From the NCBI GenBank assembly GCA_012719595.1, contig JAAYAB010000034.1, positions 32,902 through 96,901 on the forward strand: a DNA stretch of 64,000 nucleotides, read 5' to 3'. The DNA is from Bacillota bacterium. Its GTDB lineage: Bacteria; Bacillota; DTU014. The stretch's first letter is position 1, and the number at the start of each line of letters is the position of its first letter. The notes below the pieces were generated by a model that saw nothing but the letters and a program-made list of their open reading frames with translations, ran no database searches and had not been told where the DNA came from. The translations under genes and the position numbers were made by a program. Positions 49,528 through 59,460 of the stretch are shown piece by piece.

Positions 49528-50900
49528 GCGGTCCTGCCTCCAAAGGTCTCCACCAACCGCACTGCGCATTCTCGAATGTCACCAGCTCCCATCGTTATGA
49601 TGAGATCTCCGCTTTCCGCATGCTCCGACAGGAACCGCACAATCTCTTCCTTGCCTGATATGTAGAGCGCCGGTTTCCCTGAATTGGCTCCTATCAGCTC
49701 AACCAAACGGCGCGAGTTCACGCCGTCCAAGGGCGCTTCGCCCGTTCCCTTATAGAATATGTCATCTACCACGACGAGGTCCGCATCTGAGAATGCTCCC
49801 GCAAAACGATTCATCAACAGCCTAGTCCTCGAAAACCTCTGCGGCTGAAAGACAACCACCAGCCGCCCGGGGTGCCTCGCACGGAACGCCTTCAAGGTAG
49901 CCTGAATCTCCGATGGATGGTGAGCGTAGTCGTCGTAGACCGCAATCCCGCCGACTGTGCCTATCAGCTCGCTGCGCCGGCGGGCGCCGCTGAACTCCGC
50001 CAAAACCTCGGATACGCTGCTGCAATCCACTCCCAGCCATTCGCACGCTGCAAGTGCCGCGGTCGCATTCAGTGCGTTATGTACTCCCGGAACCCTCAGA
50101 GACATCTCGACTGTGTCTCCCTTGCGCCTCACTCTGAACCTCCAGCTCCTGTCCTCGACGCGCAGGTCCTCGACTATGTAGTCACCGTTCTTCTCTCCAT
50201 AGAAGGCGGCCCGCCCCCTGTAACCATCTGTCGCTGCCATCACATTTGGGTCGTCTCCGCAGGCAACCAGATATCCATCGGGCTGCGTCTGCCCTATGAA
50301 ACGCCGAAAGCCCTCGACTACGCCCTCAAACGACCCGTAATGGTCGAGGTGGTCGTCGTCGATGCTCGTCACGACGCTCACGAAGGGTTTGAGCTCGAAG
50401 AACGACTTGTACGCCTCGTCCGCCTCGGCCACGAAGTACCGGCCTCGCCCCAGTTTGCCGCCGAAGCCCAAGTCAAGGATCTCTCCGCCCACCGCGATGG
50501 TCGGGTCTTGGCCCGTTCTCTCGAGAACGTATGCGATCATCGATGCAGTCGTGGTCTTTCCGTGCGTTCCGCCGACTGCGACGCCCTTCTTCTCGTTGAA
50601 GAGCGAGCCAAGGAGCTGCGCCCTCGTAAGGACCGGAATACCAAGGCGCTCTGCCTCGATCACCTCGGGATTCTCGCCGTTCACTGCGAGAGAGACTACG
50701 ACCAGATCGGGCTGATCGAGGTTCGAAGCGGAGTGGCCCAGTGACACTCTGGCCCCAGCCTGCCTCAGCTTATTGAGCGTCGGGGAGTCCTTGCAGTCAG
50801 ACCCTGATACCTCGGTACCCGACTGCAGGAGAATGGTAGCCAATGGGGCCATGCCGGTCCCGCCGATCCCGACGAAATGCACTCGTCTTGAGTTGATCAA
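49524..50900 (-). CDS. murC: UDP-N-acetylmuramate--L-alanine ligase
   Basis: HFVGIGGTGMAPLA and Mur ligase central/C-terminal domains. TTG start follows GGGAGGA. The 124-codon ORF-track extension overlapping ftsW was rejected. Confidence 0.8.
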   Translation of the reverse strand: MINSRRVHFVGIGGTGMAPLATILLQSGTEVSGSDCKDSPTLNKLRQAGARVSLGHSASNLDQPDLVVVSLAVNGENPEVIEAERLGIPVLTRAQLLGSLFNEKKGVAVGGTHGKTTTASMIAYVLERTGQDPTIAVGGEILDLGFGGKLGRGRYFVAEADEAYKSFFELKPFVSVVTSIDDDHLDHYGSFEGVVEGFRRFIGQTQPDGYLVACGDDPNVMAATDGYRGRAAFYGEKNGDYIVEDLRVEDRSWRFRVRRKGDTVEMSLRVPGVHNALNATAALAACEWLGVDCSSVSEVLAEFSGARRRSELIGTVGGIAVYDDYAHHPSEIQATLKAFRARHPGRLVVVFQPQRFSRTRLLMNRFAGAFSDADLVVVDDIFYKGTGEAPLDGVNSRRLVELIGANSGKPALYISGKEEIVRFLSEHAESGDLIITMGAGDIRECAVRLVETFGGRTA

Positions 50901-51037
50901 GTCCTGTTTCCTCCCATTGCAACAGCCTGGATGATCTGGATGCGGAGGCCCATGGTCAGTGATATAGTATGCCTTCGTCCTTGTGGATGTGCTGAGGCAA
51001 TCTAGAGATAGGCTTGTCCACTGTACCTGCAGCCTGC

Positions 51038-52222
51038 TCATACCACCGACTGTCTGGATACGTTGAGTATAATCCCGATCGAAGCCATAGTGACTGTAAG
51101 CGATGACCCTCCTGAGCTGATCAGCGGCAGCGATATGCCGGTGATCGGAATCGAGGATGTCACCACACCGATGTTCATGAGCGCCTGAAAGGTTATGGCG
51201 CAGGTCAGCCCTGCGCACAGCAGCCTGCCGAACCGGTCGGGGGCTTTCAGCGCGGCCCTCATTCCCCTCCACGCAAACACGAAGAACAGAGCAATGACCA
51301 GGGTGCAGCCGACAAAGCCCAGCTCCTCGCCGAGTATAGAGAACACGAAGTCGGTATGCGTCTCAGGAAGGTAGTGATATTTCTGTCTGCTCATCCCGAG
51401 TCCCAATCCGAATATCCCGCCAGAACCGAGCGCGAGAAGGGACTGGATCACATGATAGCCTGTGTCAAGTGGATCGCTCCACGGGTCGATGAAAGCCATG
51501 TACCGCCGGAACCGGTACTCCTCAGCCACGATCAGCCAGACCAGCATGGCCGCAGCAGGCGGCACCAGGAGCAGAAGGTGCGCGATCTTGGCTGCGCCCA
51601 GGAAGAGCATGATCAGGGACACTGCGAGCAGGGCGACACCCGTGCCGAGGTCCGGCTCGAGGACGATCAGTCCGACTGGCAGCGCCGCGAGCGCCAGCGG
51701 GACTGCGACGCCCCATGTGAACGTCTCGACTCCGGTGCGGATCCGGCTCAGGTAGTATGCGAGCACTATCACCAAGGCGATCTTTGCAACCTCGGACGGC
51801 TGTATCCGGATGGGGCCGTAGATCACGATCCAGCGCCTGGCGCCTCCAGCTACCGAGCCCACTCCGGGAATGAGGACGAGTGCCAGCCCGGCCAAGGCAG
51901 CCAGGTATATCGCCACCGGGAAGCGCTGATAGACATGGTAATCCACGTTCATCGTGACTATCATCGCCACGGCGCCGAGAAGCGACCAGAACAGCTGCCG
52001 CTTCAGGAAGTACAGCGAGTCTCCATACTCGTGAAAGGCCATAGGCGCGCTGGCACTGAACACCATCACCAGCCCTACCGTCAGAAGGGCCAGCGCGGAC
52101 GTGAATATGAGCAGGTCCGGACCGTCATGCTTTGGCACTGCAAGTCTGCGCACGCTATCACCTCTCAGGCACACACGGCTCTCCACTTGCGTATCGGGCT
52201 CACCGGGCGCCACTGCTATCAC
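51038..52222 (-). CDS. ftsW: FtsW/SpoVE (SEDS family) peptidoglycan glycosyltransferase
   Basis: Ten-TM SEDS protein in the dcw cluster. Confidence 0.85.
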   Translation of the reverse strand: MIAVAPGEPDTQVESRVCLRGDSVRRLAVPKHDGPDLLIFTSALALLTVGLVMVFSASAPMAFHEYGDSLYFLKRQLFWSLLGAVAMIVTMNVDYHVYQRFPVAIYLAALAGLALVLIPGVGSVAGGARRWIVIYGPIRIQPSEVAKIALVIVLAYYLSRIRTGVETFTWGVAVPLALAALPVGLIVLEPDLGTGVALLAVSLIMLFLGAAKIAHLLLLVPPAAAMLVWLIVAEEYRFRRYMAFIDPWSDPLDTGYHVIQSLLALGSGGIFGLGLGMSRQKYHYLPETHTDFVFSILGEELGFVGCTLVIALFFVFAWRGMRAALKAPDRFGRLLCAGLTCAITFQALMNIGVVTSSIPITGISLPLISSGGSSLTVTMASIGIILNVSRQSVV

Positions 52223-53616
52223 TATAGGGCCAGGAGACCCTGGACCACTTCATCCATGTGTGCTCCCCTAGATCCTTTGACCAGCACCGTGTCACCGGGC
52301 TGAAGCAGCGACCGAAGCCTGTCGATCGCTTCAGCATTCGTCGAGAAGTGCTCTGCAACTCTGCTTGAATCCATGCAGCGTATCTGCTCGCTGATCAGCC
52401 TGGCACGATCTCCGACCGTCAGAGTCACGTCCGGCCCCTCACTGGCGATGAGACTGCCTACGTCTCTATGGGCCGCCTCGCTCAAATGCCCGAGTTCCAG
52501 CATATCGCCGAGGACCGCAATGGTCCTGCCGCCAGACCCAATATCCATGAGCGTCTTGAGGGCAGCGTGCATCGATGCAGGCGAAGCGTTGTATGAATCG
52601 TCGATGATCGTAACCTGAGACGCGGTAGTCTTGATGCTCATTCTCATCTTGGAGCCGGAGAATGTTTCAAATCTTCTCGCCGCAGATTCGGCGGAGTACC
52701 CGATCAGATGGCACACACCGATCGCATACAGCGCGTTGTAGACGTTGTGCGTACCGGGCAGCGAAACCCGGATATCATCTATATGTTCCCGCCCTCGCAC
52801 GCTGAACTGGATCCCGTCCGCGCCGCGGCTCTGCAAATCGCAGGCTATCAGATCGCATTGCTCGTCGAGTCCGACTGTCAGAACGCGTCCTCTGCACCGG
52901 TCGGCCATCGGCGCGACCAGGGGATCGTCGCCGTTGAGGACCGCGCCGCCATCAGGCGGTATGGCAGTAACGAGTTCCGACTTGGCCATCGCGATGCGCT
53001 CTCTGCTGCCCAGCAGCTCTATGTGAGTGTCGTTTACATTCGTGACCACTCCAATGTCAGGCCGAGCGATGTTGCACAGCAGCTCAATCTGGCCGAGGCC
53101 TCTCATAGCCATCTCGACTACCAGGATCTCAGCGGTCTCGGGACATCTCAGGATTGTCAAAGGCAGCCCGATCTCGGTGTTGAGATTGCCCTCTGTTGCG
53201 AACGTGCGGGCGGAGCCCGATAGCGCAGTGCTGATCATGTCCTTCGCAGTGGTCTTTCCGGTACTGCCTGTTACCGCCACACAGGTGACATTGAGGCTCG
53301 ACCTGTAGGCGGTGGCCAGGCGCTGCAGCGCGAGAAGCGTATCGTCGACCTGCACTGCGAATCGCCCCTGCTGCGCAATGACTTCGAGCTGGTCGGAAGT
53401 GAACCGCTCCCCCATCACTCCTGCGGCACCGGCAGCCAGACTCTGAACCATGAAGTCATGTCCATCGTGCCGCTCGCCCCTGATTGCTATGAAGAGCTCA
53501 CTGGGCGCCACTCGCCTCGAGTCGATCCCGACTGCGCTGATGACAGCTTCGGGGCTGCCTGCGACCAACCGGCCTCCTACCGTCTTCGCTAGAACCTCTG
53601 CTTCAACTGGCCTCAC
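52222..53616 (-). CDS. murF: UDP-N-acetylmuramoyl-tripeptide--D-alanyl-D-alanine ligase
   Basis: 464 aa, GSTGKTTAKDM P-loop, IIDDSYNASPASM MurF-type C-terminus. Confidence 0.8.
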   Translation of the reverse strand: MRPVEAEVLAKTVGGRLVAGSPEAVISAVGIDSRRVAPSELFIAIRGERHDGHDFMVQSLAAGAAGVMGERFTSDQLEVIAQQGRFAVQVDDTLLALQRLATAYRSSLNVTCVAVTGSTGKTTAKDMISTALSGSARTFATEGNLNTEIGLPLTILRCPETAEILVVEMAMRGLGQIELLCNIARPDIGVVTNVNDTHIELLGSRERIAMAKSELVTAIPPDGGAVLNGDDPLVAPMADRCRGRVLTVGLDEQCDLIACDLQSRGADGIQFSVRGREHIDDIRVSLPGTHNVYNALYAIGVCHLIGYSAESAARRFETFSGSKMRMSIKTTASQVTIIDDSYNASPASMHAALKTLMDIGSGGRTIAVLGDMLELGHLSEAAHRDVGSLIASEGPDVTLTVGDRARLISEQIRCMDSSRVAEHFSTNAEAIDRLRSLLQPGDTVLVKGSRGAHMDEVVQGLLAL

Positions 53617-55532
53617 TGCTCCGGGTCATCTCCTACTACCACATTGACTACAGTGTTTGCTTGGACCCTTGCGCCCGGCGCAGGGTTCTGGGACAGCACG
53701 ATGTTCCCCTGTCCTCCGACTATGCGCAACCCGAGCCGTGACCCCTTTGCGATTGCCTCCGCCTCGACGACCGGGTAGTTGCGGATGTCTGGGACGATCG
53801 TCTGCCCCGGACTGGCCGTCGGCTGAGCGATCGGCTGGTTCGGAGGCACGTTGAGGAGCCTCAAGGCATCGCCCACGACCTCCTTGAAGACAGGGGCGGC
53901 CAGGACTCCTCCGTACGTCGTGTACGTATTCGGTTCATCTATGATTACCAGCGCTGCGATTTCCGGGTCGTCCGCAGGAGCATAGCCTCCAAACGAAGCC
54001 ACACGCTTGTCGCCGTACCCTCCAGTGGGACTCACCTTCTGTGCAGTTCCGGTCTTGCCTGCCACCAGATACCCGGGAATCTGCGCCCTCGTGCCGGACC
54101 CGTTCTCGACAACGGATATCAGGACTTCGTTGAGCGTTCGGGCAGTGGTCGGCGAAATGACCTGCCTGACGCTCTCGGGCGGGAATCTCTCAATGACCTG
54201 CATTCGCTCGTCGACTACGGATTCAACCAGCCTGGGCTTCATCAATGTCCCGCCGTTGGCGATCGCCGCGATCGCCTGCAGCAGTTGCAGAGGAGTCACA
54301 GCAATCCCCTGCCCAAAGCCTATGTTCGCGATCTCCACTTCACCGACGCCCTTCTCCGGCTGCAGCACTCCCTTTGAGGCGCTGTCACCGGGGAAATCGA
54401 GCCCAGTCGGCGAACCGAACCCGAACGCGCGGATGTAGCGGTAGAAGGTCGGCACACCCATCTCTCTGGCGTACGTCGCAAACGCCGGGTTGCACGAGTT
54501 CTCGACAGTCTCGGTGAAGGTCTGGAACCCGTGGCCGCCCGCTCTCCAGCATCTCACCCGCCTGTCCTCGACGATGACGAACCCGGGATCGTTGAACGTC
54601 GAGTTGACCGACCGCACGCCTGAATCCAGCACAGACGCAGCAGTGACGACCTTGAACGTCGATCCCGGCTCGTAGGCGTCGAGCACAGCCCAGTTTCGCC
54701 GCTCCTCGGCGGTAGCGTCGCGCCAGTTGCCCGGATCGTATGTAGGATAGAGCGCCATTGCGAGGATCGCACCGGTCTTCGGGTTCATCACGATGACCGC
54801 ACCGCGGCGGGCGTTGGCCTCGACCACGGCCTTGGCGATCTCTCGCTCCGCGACCATCTGTATGCGTTCATCTATAGTGAGCATTATGCCATAGCCGTCC
54901 TCGGGAGGCGTGTACTCCTTCTCGCCCAGGGGAATGTCCTGTCCTCTGGCGTCGACCTCTGCCCTGCGGCTGCCCCTCTTGCCGGAAAGATACCGGTCGT
55001 ACTCGAGTTCAAGGCCTTCCAGACCCTGATTGTCTATGCCGACTATCCCGAGAACATGGCTGGCAATCGAACCTGACGGGTAGAACCGTTCCCCCTTCTC
55101 TGTGAATGCTATGCCCGGCAGCCTAAGCTCCTTGACCGCCTGAGCCGTGTCCGCGTCGACTTTTCTCTTTATGTACACGCTCGACAAAGGCTGTGTGAGT
55201 CTCTCGTACACAGTCTGGTAATCCATGTCGAGTATCTCTGCCAACTGCCTGGCCGTGCTCTGTGGGTCCCGAACCTGGGCAGGCGACGCCACTATGGATT
55301 CAGCGCTCATGCTGACCGCGAGCTTCCTGCCTCGGGAGTCGTAGATGGGTCCGCGTCGAGAATCCTCGTAGAGAGTCCAGAACCTCTGGTTGAGAGCTCT
55401 CTCGCTGAACCACGCGTTGCGTATCACCTGCAGGTAGAAGAGCCGCACCAGCAGACCAGCCATGGCAAGCGACAGGATCAGCAAGGCGACTACGATCCGC
55501 TTGCGGACAACTACACCGGTCTCGTCAGGCAA
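53613..55532 (-). CDS. Class B penicillin-binding protein (SpoVD/FtsI-like) with C-terminal PASTA domain
   Basis: N-terminal TM and dimerisation domain, transpeptidase STFK, SxN and KTG motifs, then a PASTA domain. Confidence 0.9.
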   Translation of the reverse strand: MPDETGVVVRKRIVVALLILSLAMAGLLVRLFYLQVIRNAWFSERALNQRFWTLYEDSRRGPIYDSRGRKLAVSMSAESIVASPAQVRDPQSTARQLAEILDMDYQTVYERLTQPLSSVYIKRKVDADTAQAVKELRLPGIAFTEKGERFYPSGSIASHVLGIVGIDNQGLEGLELEYDRYLSGKRGSRRAEVDARGQDIPLGEKEYTPPEDGYGIMLTIDERIQMVAEREIAKAVVEANARRGAVIVMNPKTGAILAMALYPTYDPGNWRDATAEERRNWAVLDAYEPGSTFKVVTAASVLDSGVRSVNSTFNDPGFVIVEDRRVRCWRAGGHGFQTFTETVENSCNPAFATYAREMGVPTFYRYIRAFGFGSPTGLDFPGDSASKGVLQPEKGVGEVEIANIGFGQGIAVTPLQLLQAIAAIANGGTLMKPRLVESVVDERMQVIERFPPESVRQVISPTTARTLNEVLISVVENGSGTRAQIPGYLVAGKTGTAQKVSPTGGYGDKRVASFGGYAPADDPEIAALVIIDEPNTYTTYGGVLAAPVFKEVVGDALRLLNVPPNQPIAQPTASPGQTIVPDIRNYPVVEAEAIAKGSRLGLRIVGGQGNIVLSQNPAPGARVQANTVVNVVVGDDPEQ

Positions 55533-55559
55533 AGTCCGACCTCCCAGAAGAACTGCGGG

Positions 55560-55913
55560 CTACTGAGAAAATGGATTTACGAATATGACCTGGCTGGGCT
55601 CAGTCATGCCAAGCCTCTCAACAGCCTCCTGCTCGATTCTGCTCGATGACTGCAGCGCTGACAGCTGAAACTGCAGGGACTCGTGCTCGTCGATAGTTCT
55701 CCGCAGTGTTCTCTGCCAGCTCCGACGTTCAGCTGCGGCTTCGTTGATCTCAGCTTGCACCCAGACGTAAGACAGGAAGACCGTAAGGCATGTGGCTGCG
55801 ATCAGTGCCGCTACCAGCATTTTCTGCGCCCAGACCGGAACGAGGAAATCCTGGAGAGTCAAAGTGCTGCGACGCTTGCTGATAGCTCTGCGGCTGCGTC
55901 CGGCCAGTACCAT
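55560..55913 (-). CDS. ftsL: Cell division protein FtsL
   Basis: Small bitopic protein with a coiled coil between rsmH and the PBP. Confidence 0.75.
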   Translation of the reverse strand: MVLAGRSRRAISKRRSTLTLQDFLVPVWAQKMLVAALIAATCLTVFLSYVWVQAEINEAAAERRSWQRTLRRTIDEHESLQFQLSALQSSSRIEQEAVERLGMTEPSQVIFVNPFSQ

Positions 55914-56878
55914 CAGTATTCACCCCCGGGCGTGTGTAGAACTTTGCGAACAGCTCTGAGCCTGGCGCTTCTAGCTCTCGGATTGGCGGCAATCTCCTGT
56001 TCCGACGGAACTATCCCGCCTCTCGACAGGAGTTCGGCCCTGGCCTTTCCTCCGCAGGTGCACACAGGCGCTTCTCTTGGGCAGATACACGATCTCGCCC
56101 ACTCGCGGAACTTGGTCTTCACAATGCGATCCTCGAGCGAATGAAAAGTGATCGCCGCGAGGACCCCTTTCTCCGCCAGCAGGTCAAAGGCGGATTCCAA
56201 TCCCGCCTCGACTGCCTCGAGCTCTCGATTCACTGCGATTCTCAGAGCCTGAAACGTCCGCCGCGCCGGATGGCCTCCCGTTCTGCGGAACCGCGCAGGG
56301 ATAGCCGCTTTGACGATCTCCACCAGATCGCCGACAGAGCTGATGGGAGCCGACTTGCGCCTGGCCACTATGAGTTCAGCGATTCTGCCTGCAAACGGCT
56401 CTTCCCCGAACCTCCGTATTATCGAGGTCAGTTCCTCCAGCGGTGCGTCGTTCACCAGGTCTGCGGCAGTCAGCGCCTGAGACCTGTCCATCCTCATATC
56501 AAGGGGCGCCTCATCCGCCCAGTAACTGAAGCCGCGCTCCGGGTCGTCAAACTGCACAGAAGACGCTCCGAAGTCGAACAGCACCTTGTCAACCGTATGT
56601 ACCCCAAGTTCAGAGACAATGGTGGCCAGATTGCGGAAATCGCCGTGAACCACACTGACCCGCTCACCGTAGTCCCTGAGCCTCAGACGGGCAGCCTCGA
56701 CCGCCTCCTCATCCCTGTCTATGCCGATCAGCAGCCCGTCAGGCATGATCCGCTTGGCGATCTCAGCACTGTGACCCGCTCCGCCGATCGTTGCATCCAG
56801 CACAGTGTCTCCTCTGCGGCACTCCAGAAGGTCGAGTGTCTCCTTGAGGAGCACTGGGATGTGATGATACAAAGCCAT
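55913..56878 (-). CDS. rsmH: 16S rRNA (cytosine1402-N4)-methyltransferase
   Basis: MALYHHIPVLLKETL...DATIGGAGHS. Confidence 0.9.
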   Translation of the reverse strand: MALYHHIPVLLKETLDLLECRRGDTVLDATIGGAGHSAEIAKRIMPDGLLIGIDRDEEAVEAARLRLRDYGERVSVVHGDFRNLATIVSELGVHTVDKVLFDFGASSVQFDDPERGFSYWADEAPLDMRMDRSQALTAADLVNDAPLEELTSIIRRFGEEPFAGRIAELIVARRKSAPISSVGDLVEIVKAAIPARFRRTGGHPARRTFQALRIAVNRELEAVEAGLESAFDLLAEKGVLAAITFHSLEDRIVKTKFREWARSCICPREAPVCTCGGKARAELLSRGGIVPSEQEIAANPRARSARLRAVRKVLHTPGGEY

Positions 56879-56891
56879 GGCTCGAACCGCC

Positions 56892-57323
56892 TCATATGCC
56901 TAGGTCCACGAGTTCGCCGGCGATCTCGGTGAACGAACTGCCCGCAGAGGACACGTATTCTTCCCACCGCTGCAGACTCCACACCTCGAGACGGTTTCCC
57001 ACTCCGCATATCACCGATTCACGGTCTAGGGAGGCGTACTCGCGGAGACTCGAAGGTATGAGAAACCTCCCCTGTCTGTCGAGCTCTGACTCGGAGGCGC
57101 CCGCCATGAAGAGCCGGACAAACGCCCGGGCAGACGGGTTAGTCAGCGGGAGCTGCTGTATCGAACTCGTCAACAACTGCCACTCCTGCGTAGGGTACAC
57201 AAAAAGGCAGCCGTCCAATCCTTTGGTGAGAACGAACCTCGGGCCAAGCTGCTCTCTGTACTTCCGTGGCATAGTCAGCCTGCCTTTGTCGTCGATTCCG
57301 TGTCGATATTCCCCCATGAACAT
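56892..57323 (-). CDS. mraZ: Transcriptional regulator MraZ
   Basis: MFMGEYRHGIDDKGRL and two SpoVT/AbrB-like repeats. Start at the internal ATG. Confidence 0.85.
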   Translation of the reverse strand: MFMGEYRHGIDDKGRLTMPRKYREQLGPRFVLTKGLDGCLFVYPTQEWQLLTSSIQQLPLTNPSARAFVRLFMAGASESELDRQGRFLIPSSLREYASLDRESVICGVGNRLEVWSLQRWEEYVSSAGSSFTEIAGELVDLGI

Positions 57324-57340
57324 GGACCTTCGACAACCCT

Positions 57341-57395
57341 CCACTGCGCGCCACTATGCTCCACTTGGCTCCACAACACCCGCATACTTCGCCAC
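57341..57395 (-). promoter_or_regulatory. Putative MraZ operator: four GTGG (plus-strand CCAC) direct repeats at exact 10-bp period, plus a fifth two turns away
   Basis: CCAC at 57341, 57351, 57361 and 57371, then 57392, immediately upstream of mraZ. Confidence 0.6.
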
Positions 57396-57451
57396 GATTG
57401 CGCAATCTCCTTCACACAAATCCCTATCTATAGCAAAAAACAGGGAACGGC

Positions 57452-57500
57452 TCCGGCTGCGGACGCCGGCCGTCCCCTGTCGACTCTGTCAATCAAGCGA
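57452..57500 (-). terminator. Rho-independent terminator downstream of the GNAT gene
   Basis: Minus strand GC-rich imperfect hairpin (GGGGACGGCCGGCG...CGCAGCCGGAGCCGUUCCC) followed by UGUUUUUUGCU. Confidence 0.55.
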
Positions 57501-57535
57501 TATACAGGGCTTCTCCGTCAGGCGACATCGGCGCT

Positions 57536-58177
57536 TCACCCTGCGGCAACTGCTTCCGCAGTCGGAGCCAAGGCCCTCATCAGGACGATCTGAACCTCGC
57601 CGTGGGGCAGGCGCCTGGTGATCATGCCTTCCTTTCGAAACCCGCACTTCTCATAGCAGCGCACTGCTCGTGCGTTTGACCTGTAGACCCTGAGGTAGAC
57701 GCTCTTGAGCCCGAGAAGGGAGAAAGCCACTCTCAAGAGCACGTTCACTGCGTCTGTGCCGTAGCCTTTGCCCCAGTACTCTCTCCTGCCGATGCGGATC
57801 ACCATCTCGGCTTCTCTCGGGCGCCAGTGTATCCTGATGAGATCGACGTTGCCGATCACTGTTCCGCCCTTTGTCTGAATGATCAGCCTCATGCTGTTGC
57901 GGGTTCCATCCGTCAGGTAGTGATCCTGAAGGTCAACCAGAACATCGGTTCCCATCAGGGCGTTGAGTTCCGTGTCGCTGTCCCATTCCTGGAGGAGTGG
58001 TTCATCCATGGCCAAGACCGGACGTAGTACGACAGACTCCCCTTCGTACATTGCCATCGGCTCCTTGTCGGTTGTTAGCCACCCCTCAATCCCACCTATA
58101 CAATTCACTGAGCAGCGCATATGACCTGCCAGCAACATTATCCATGCTTGCCGGCCATGGCCTGCAAAGCCGGGCAT
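57536..58177 (-). CDS. GNAT-family N-acetyltransferase
   Basis: Acetyl-CoA-binding region (RIGRREYWGKGYGTDAV) and GNAT fold. Confidence 0.75.
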   Translation of the reverse strand: MPGFAGHGRQAWIMLLAGHMRCSVNCIGGIEGWLTTDKEPMAMYEGESVVLRPVLAMDEPLLQEWDSDTELNALMGTDVLVDLQDHYLTDGTRNSMRLIIQTKGGTVIGNVDLIRIHWRPREAEMVIRIGRREYWGKGYGTDAVNVLLRVAFSLLGLKSVYLRVYRSNARAVRCYEKCGFRKEGMITRRLPHGEVQIVLMRALAPTAEAVAAG

Positions 58178-58201
58178 CTTCGGTGTCTTGTCCGCCTGAC
58201 A

Positions 58202-58228
58202 CGAAAAACCCCGCCCACAGGGGCGGGG
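58202..58228 (-). terminator. Rho-independent terminator of spoVS
   Basis: Minus strand CCCCGCCC-CUGU-GGGCGGGG followed by UUUUUCGU. Confidence 0.75.
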
Positions 58229-58267
58229 CCGATCTCGTTCTCCTAACGCCGCGAAGTCCAGAGGAGA

Positions 58268-58528
58268 CTACCGCGGCTGGACTATCAGCTTGATTGCAGT
58301 TCTTTCCTCTCCGTCGATCATAATGTCAGTGAACGCCGGTATGCAGATCAGGTCGACGCCGCTCGGAGCGACGAAGCCGCGAGCGATTGCCACTGCCTTG
58401 ACAGCCTGATTCAGAGCGCCGGCTCCGATCGCCTGAATCTCCGCGCCACCGCGCTCGCGAAGCACCCCGGCAAGAGCGCCTGCTACAGAGTTGGGGTTCG
58501 ACTTTGCGGACACCCTGAGTACTTCCAT
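58268..58528 (-). CDS. spoVS: Stage V sporulation protein S
   Basis: 86 aa, MEVLRVSAKSNPNSVAGALAGVLRERG, highly conserved SpoVS. SD GAGGAGG. Confidence 0.95.
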   Translation of the reverse strand: MEVLRVSAKSNPNSVAGALAGVLRERGGAEIQAIGAGALNQAVKAVAIARGFVAPSGVDLICIPAFTDIMIDGEERTAIKLIVQPR

Positions 58529-58671
58529 GTTGCGGCTACCTCCTCGCTGTCTCCATGACTCGCCGAGGTTTATCTGCCATCACTATATATATTACTCGCG
58601 GCGAAGATAATTCCTCTTTTCGGAACTCACCTCTATGCCAGCTAGAGGCTTAGTAAGCCTTCAGTTCCCGC

Positions 58672-59460
58672 TCAGCTGTCAGTCACTCTGCTTATTCTTG
58701 TGACGCTCCGGGCGGTGCCGTCATCGTTGCAGTCAATCAGGAGCCCGGAAAACACGCTGCGCCCATCTGCGGCCGTCAGCCTGATCGGAAGCTGTGTCCT
58801 GAATCTCTGCAGCACGGGGTCGGTATCCACGCCGAGCACCGAATCGATCGGCCCGCACATCCCGAGATCAGTGATATATGCAGTGCCTCCGTCGAGGATC
58901 CGCTCGTCGGCCGTCTGCACGTGCGTGTGCGTGCCTACCACAGCTGTCACGCGGCCGTTGAGGTGCCAGCCCATGGCGACCTTCTCAGAAGTCGCCTCTG
59001 CATGGAAATCCACCAGTATGATGCGGACGCGGCTGTCAAGATGGCTCAGGATCTCGTCCGCCATGCGAAACGGGCAGTCCACTGCATTCATGTACGTTCG
59101 GCCGATGAGGTTTATCACGGCGATCTGTGGGTTGATCTCGTCCGGGAAACACACGACACCTTTCCCAGGCACTCCAGGCGGGTAGTTGGCAGGCCGAACT
59201 AGGCGCGGGTTCGAGTCGAGCTCAGCGTATAGCTCGCGATAGCGGAAGGTGTGATTGCCTCCTGTGAGGACATGAGCGCCAAGATCAAGCAGCTCGTTTG
59301 CTTCCTTGGGCGCGAGCCCAGTCCCCCCGCTGGCGTTTTCTCCATTCGCGAGCACGAATTCCACGCTATACTCCCGAACTACGCCGGGTAGAATCTGGCG
59401 CACCGCCCTGCGCCCCGCAGTGCCCACTATATCGCCTATTGCCAGAACCCTCACCGCCAT
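58672..59460 (-). CDS. ymdB: YmdB-family metallophosphoesterase (2',3'-cyclic-nucleotide phosphodiesterase, TIGR00282)
   Basis: VLAIGDIVG...NGEN...GNHTF motifs. Synteny rny-ymdB-spoVS. Confidence 0.85.
   Translation of the reverse strand: MAVRVLAIGDIVGTAGRRAVRQILPGVVREYSVEFVLANGENASGGTGLAPKEANELLDLGAHVLTGGNHTFRYRELYAELDSNPRLVRPANYPPGVPGKGVVCFPDEINPQIAVINLIGRTYMNAVDCPFRMADEILSHLDSRVRIILVDFHAEATSEKVAMGWHLNGRVTAVVGTHTHVQTADERILDGGTAYITDLGMCGPIDSVLGVDTDPVLQRFRTQLPIRLTAADGRSVFSGLLIDCNDDGTARSVTRISRVTDS

Noticed and set aside
50901-51272. 124-codon N-terminal extension of the murC ORF
   Set aside because: Overlaps the ftsW 3' end in another frame. An internal TTG with a GGGAGGA SD gives a canonical-length MurC.
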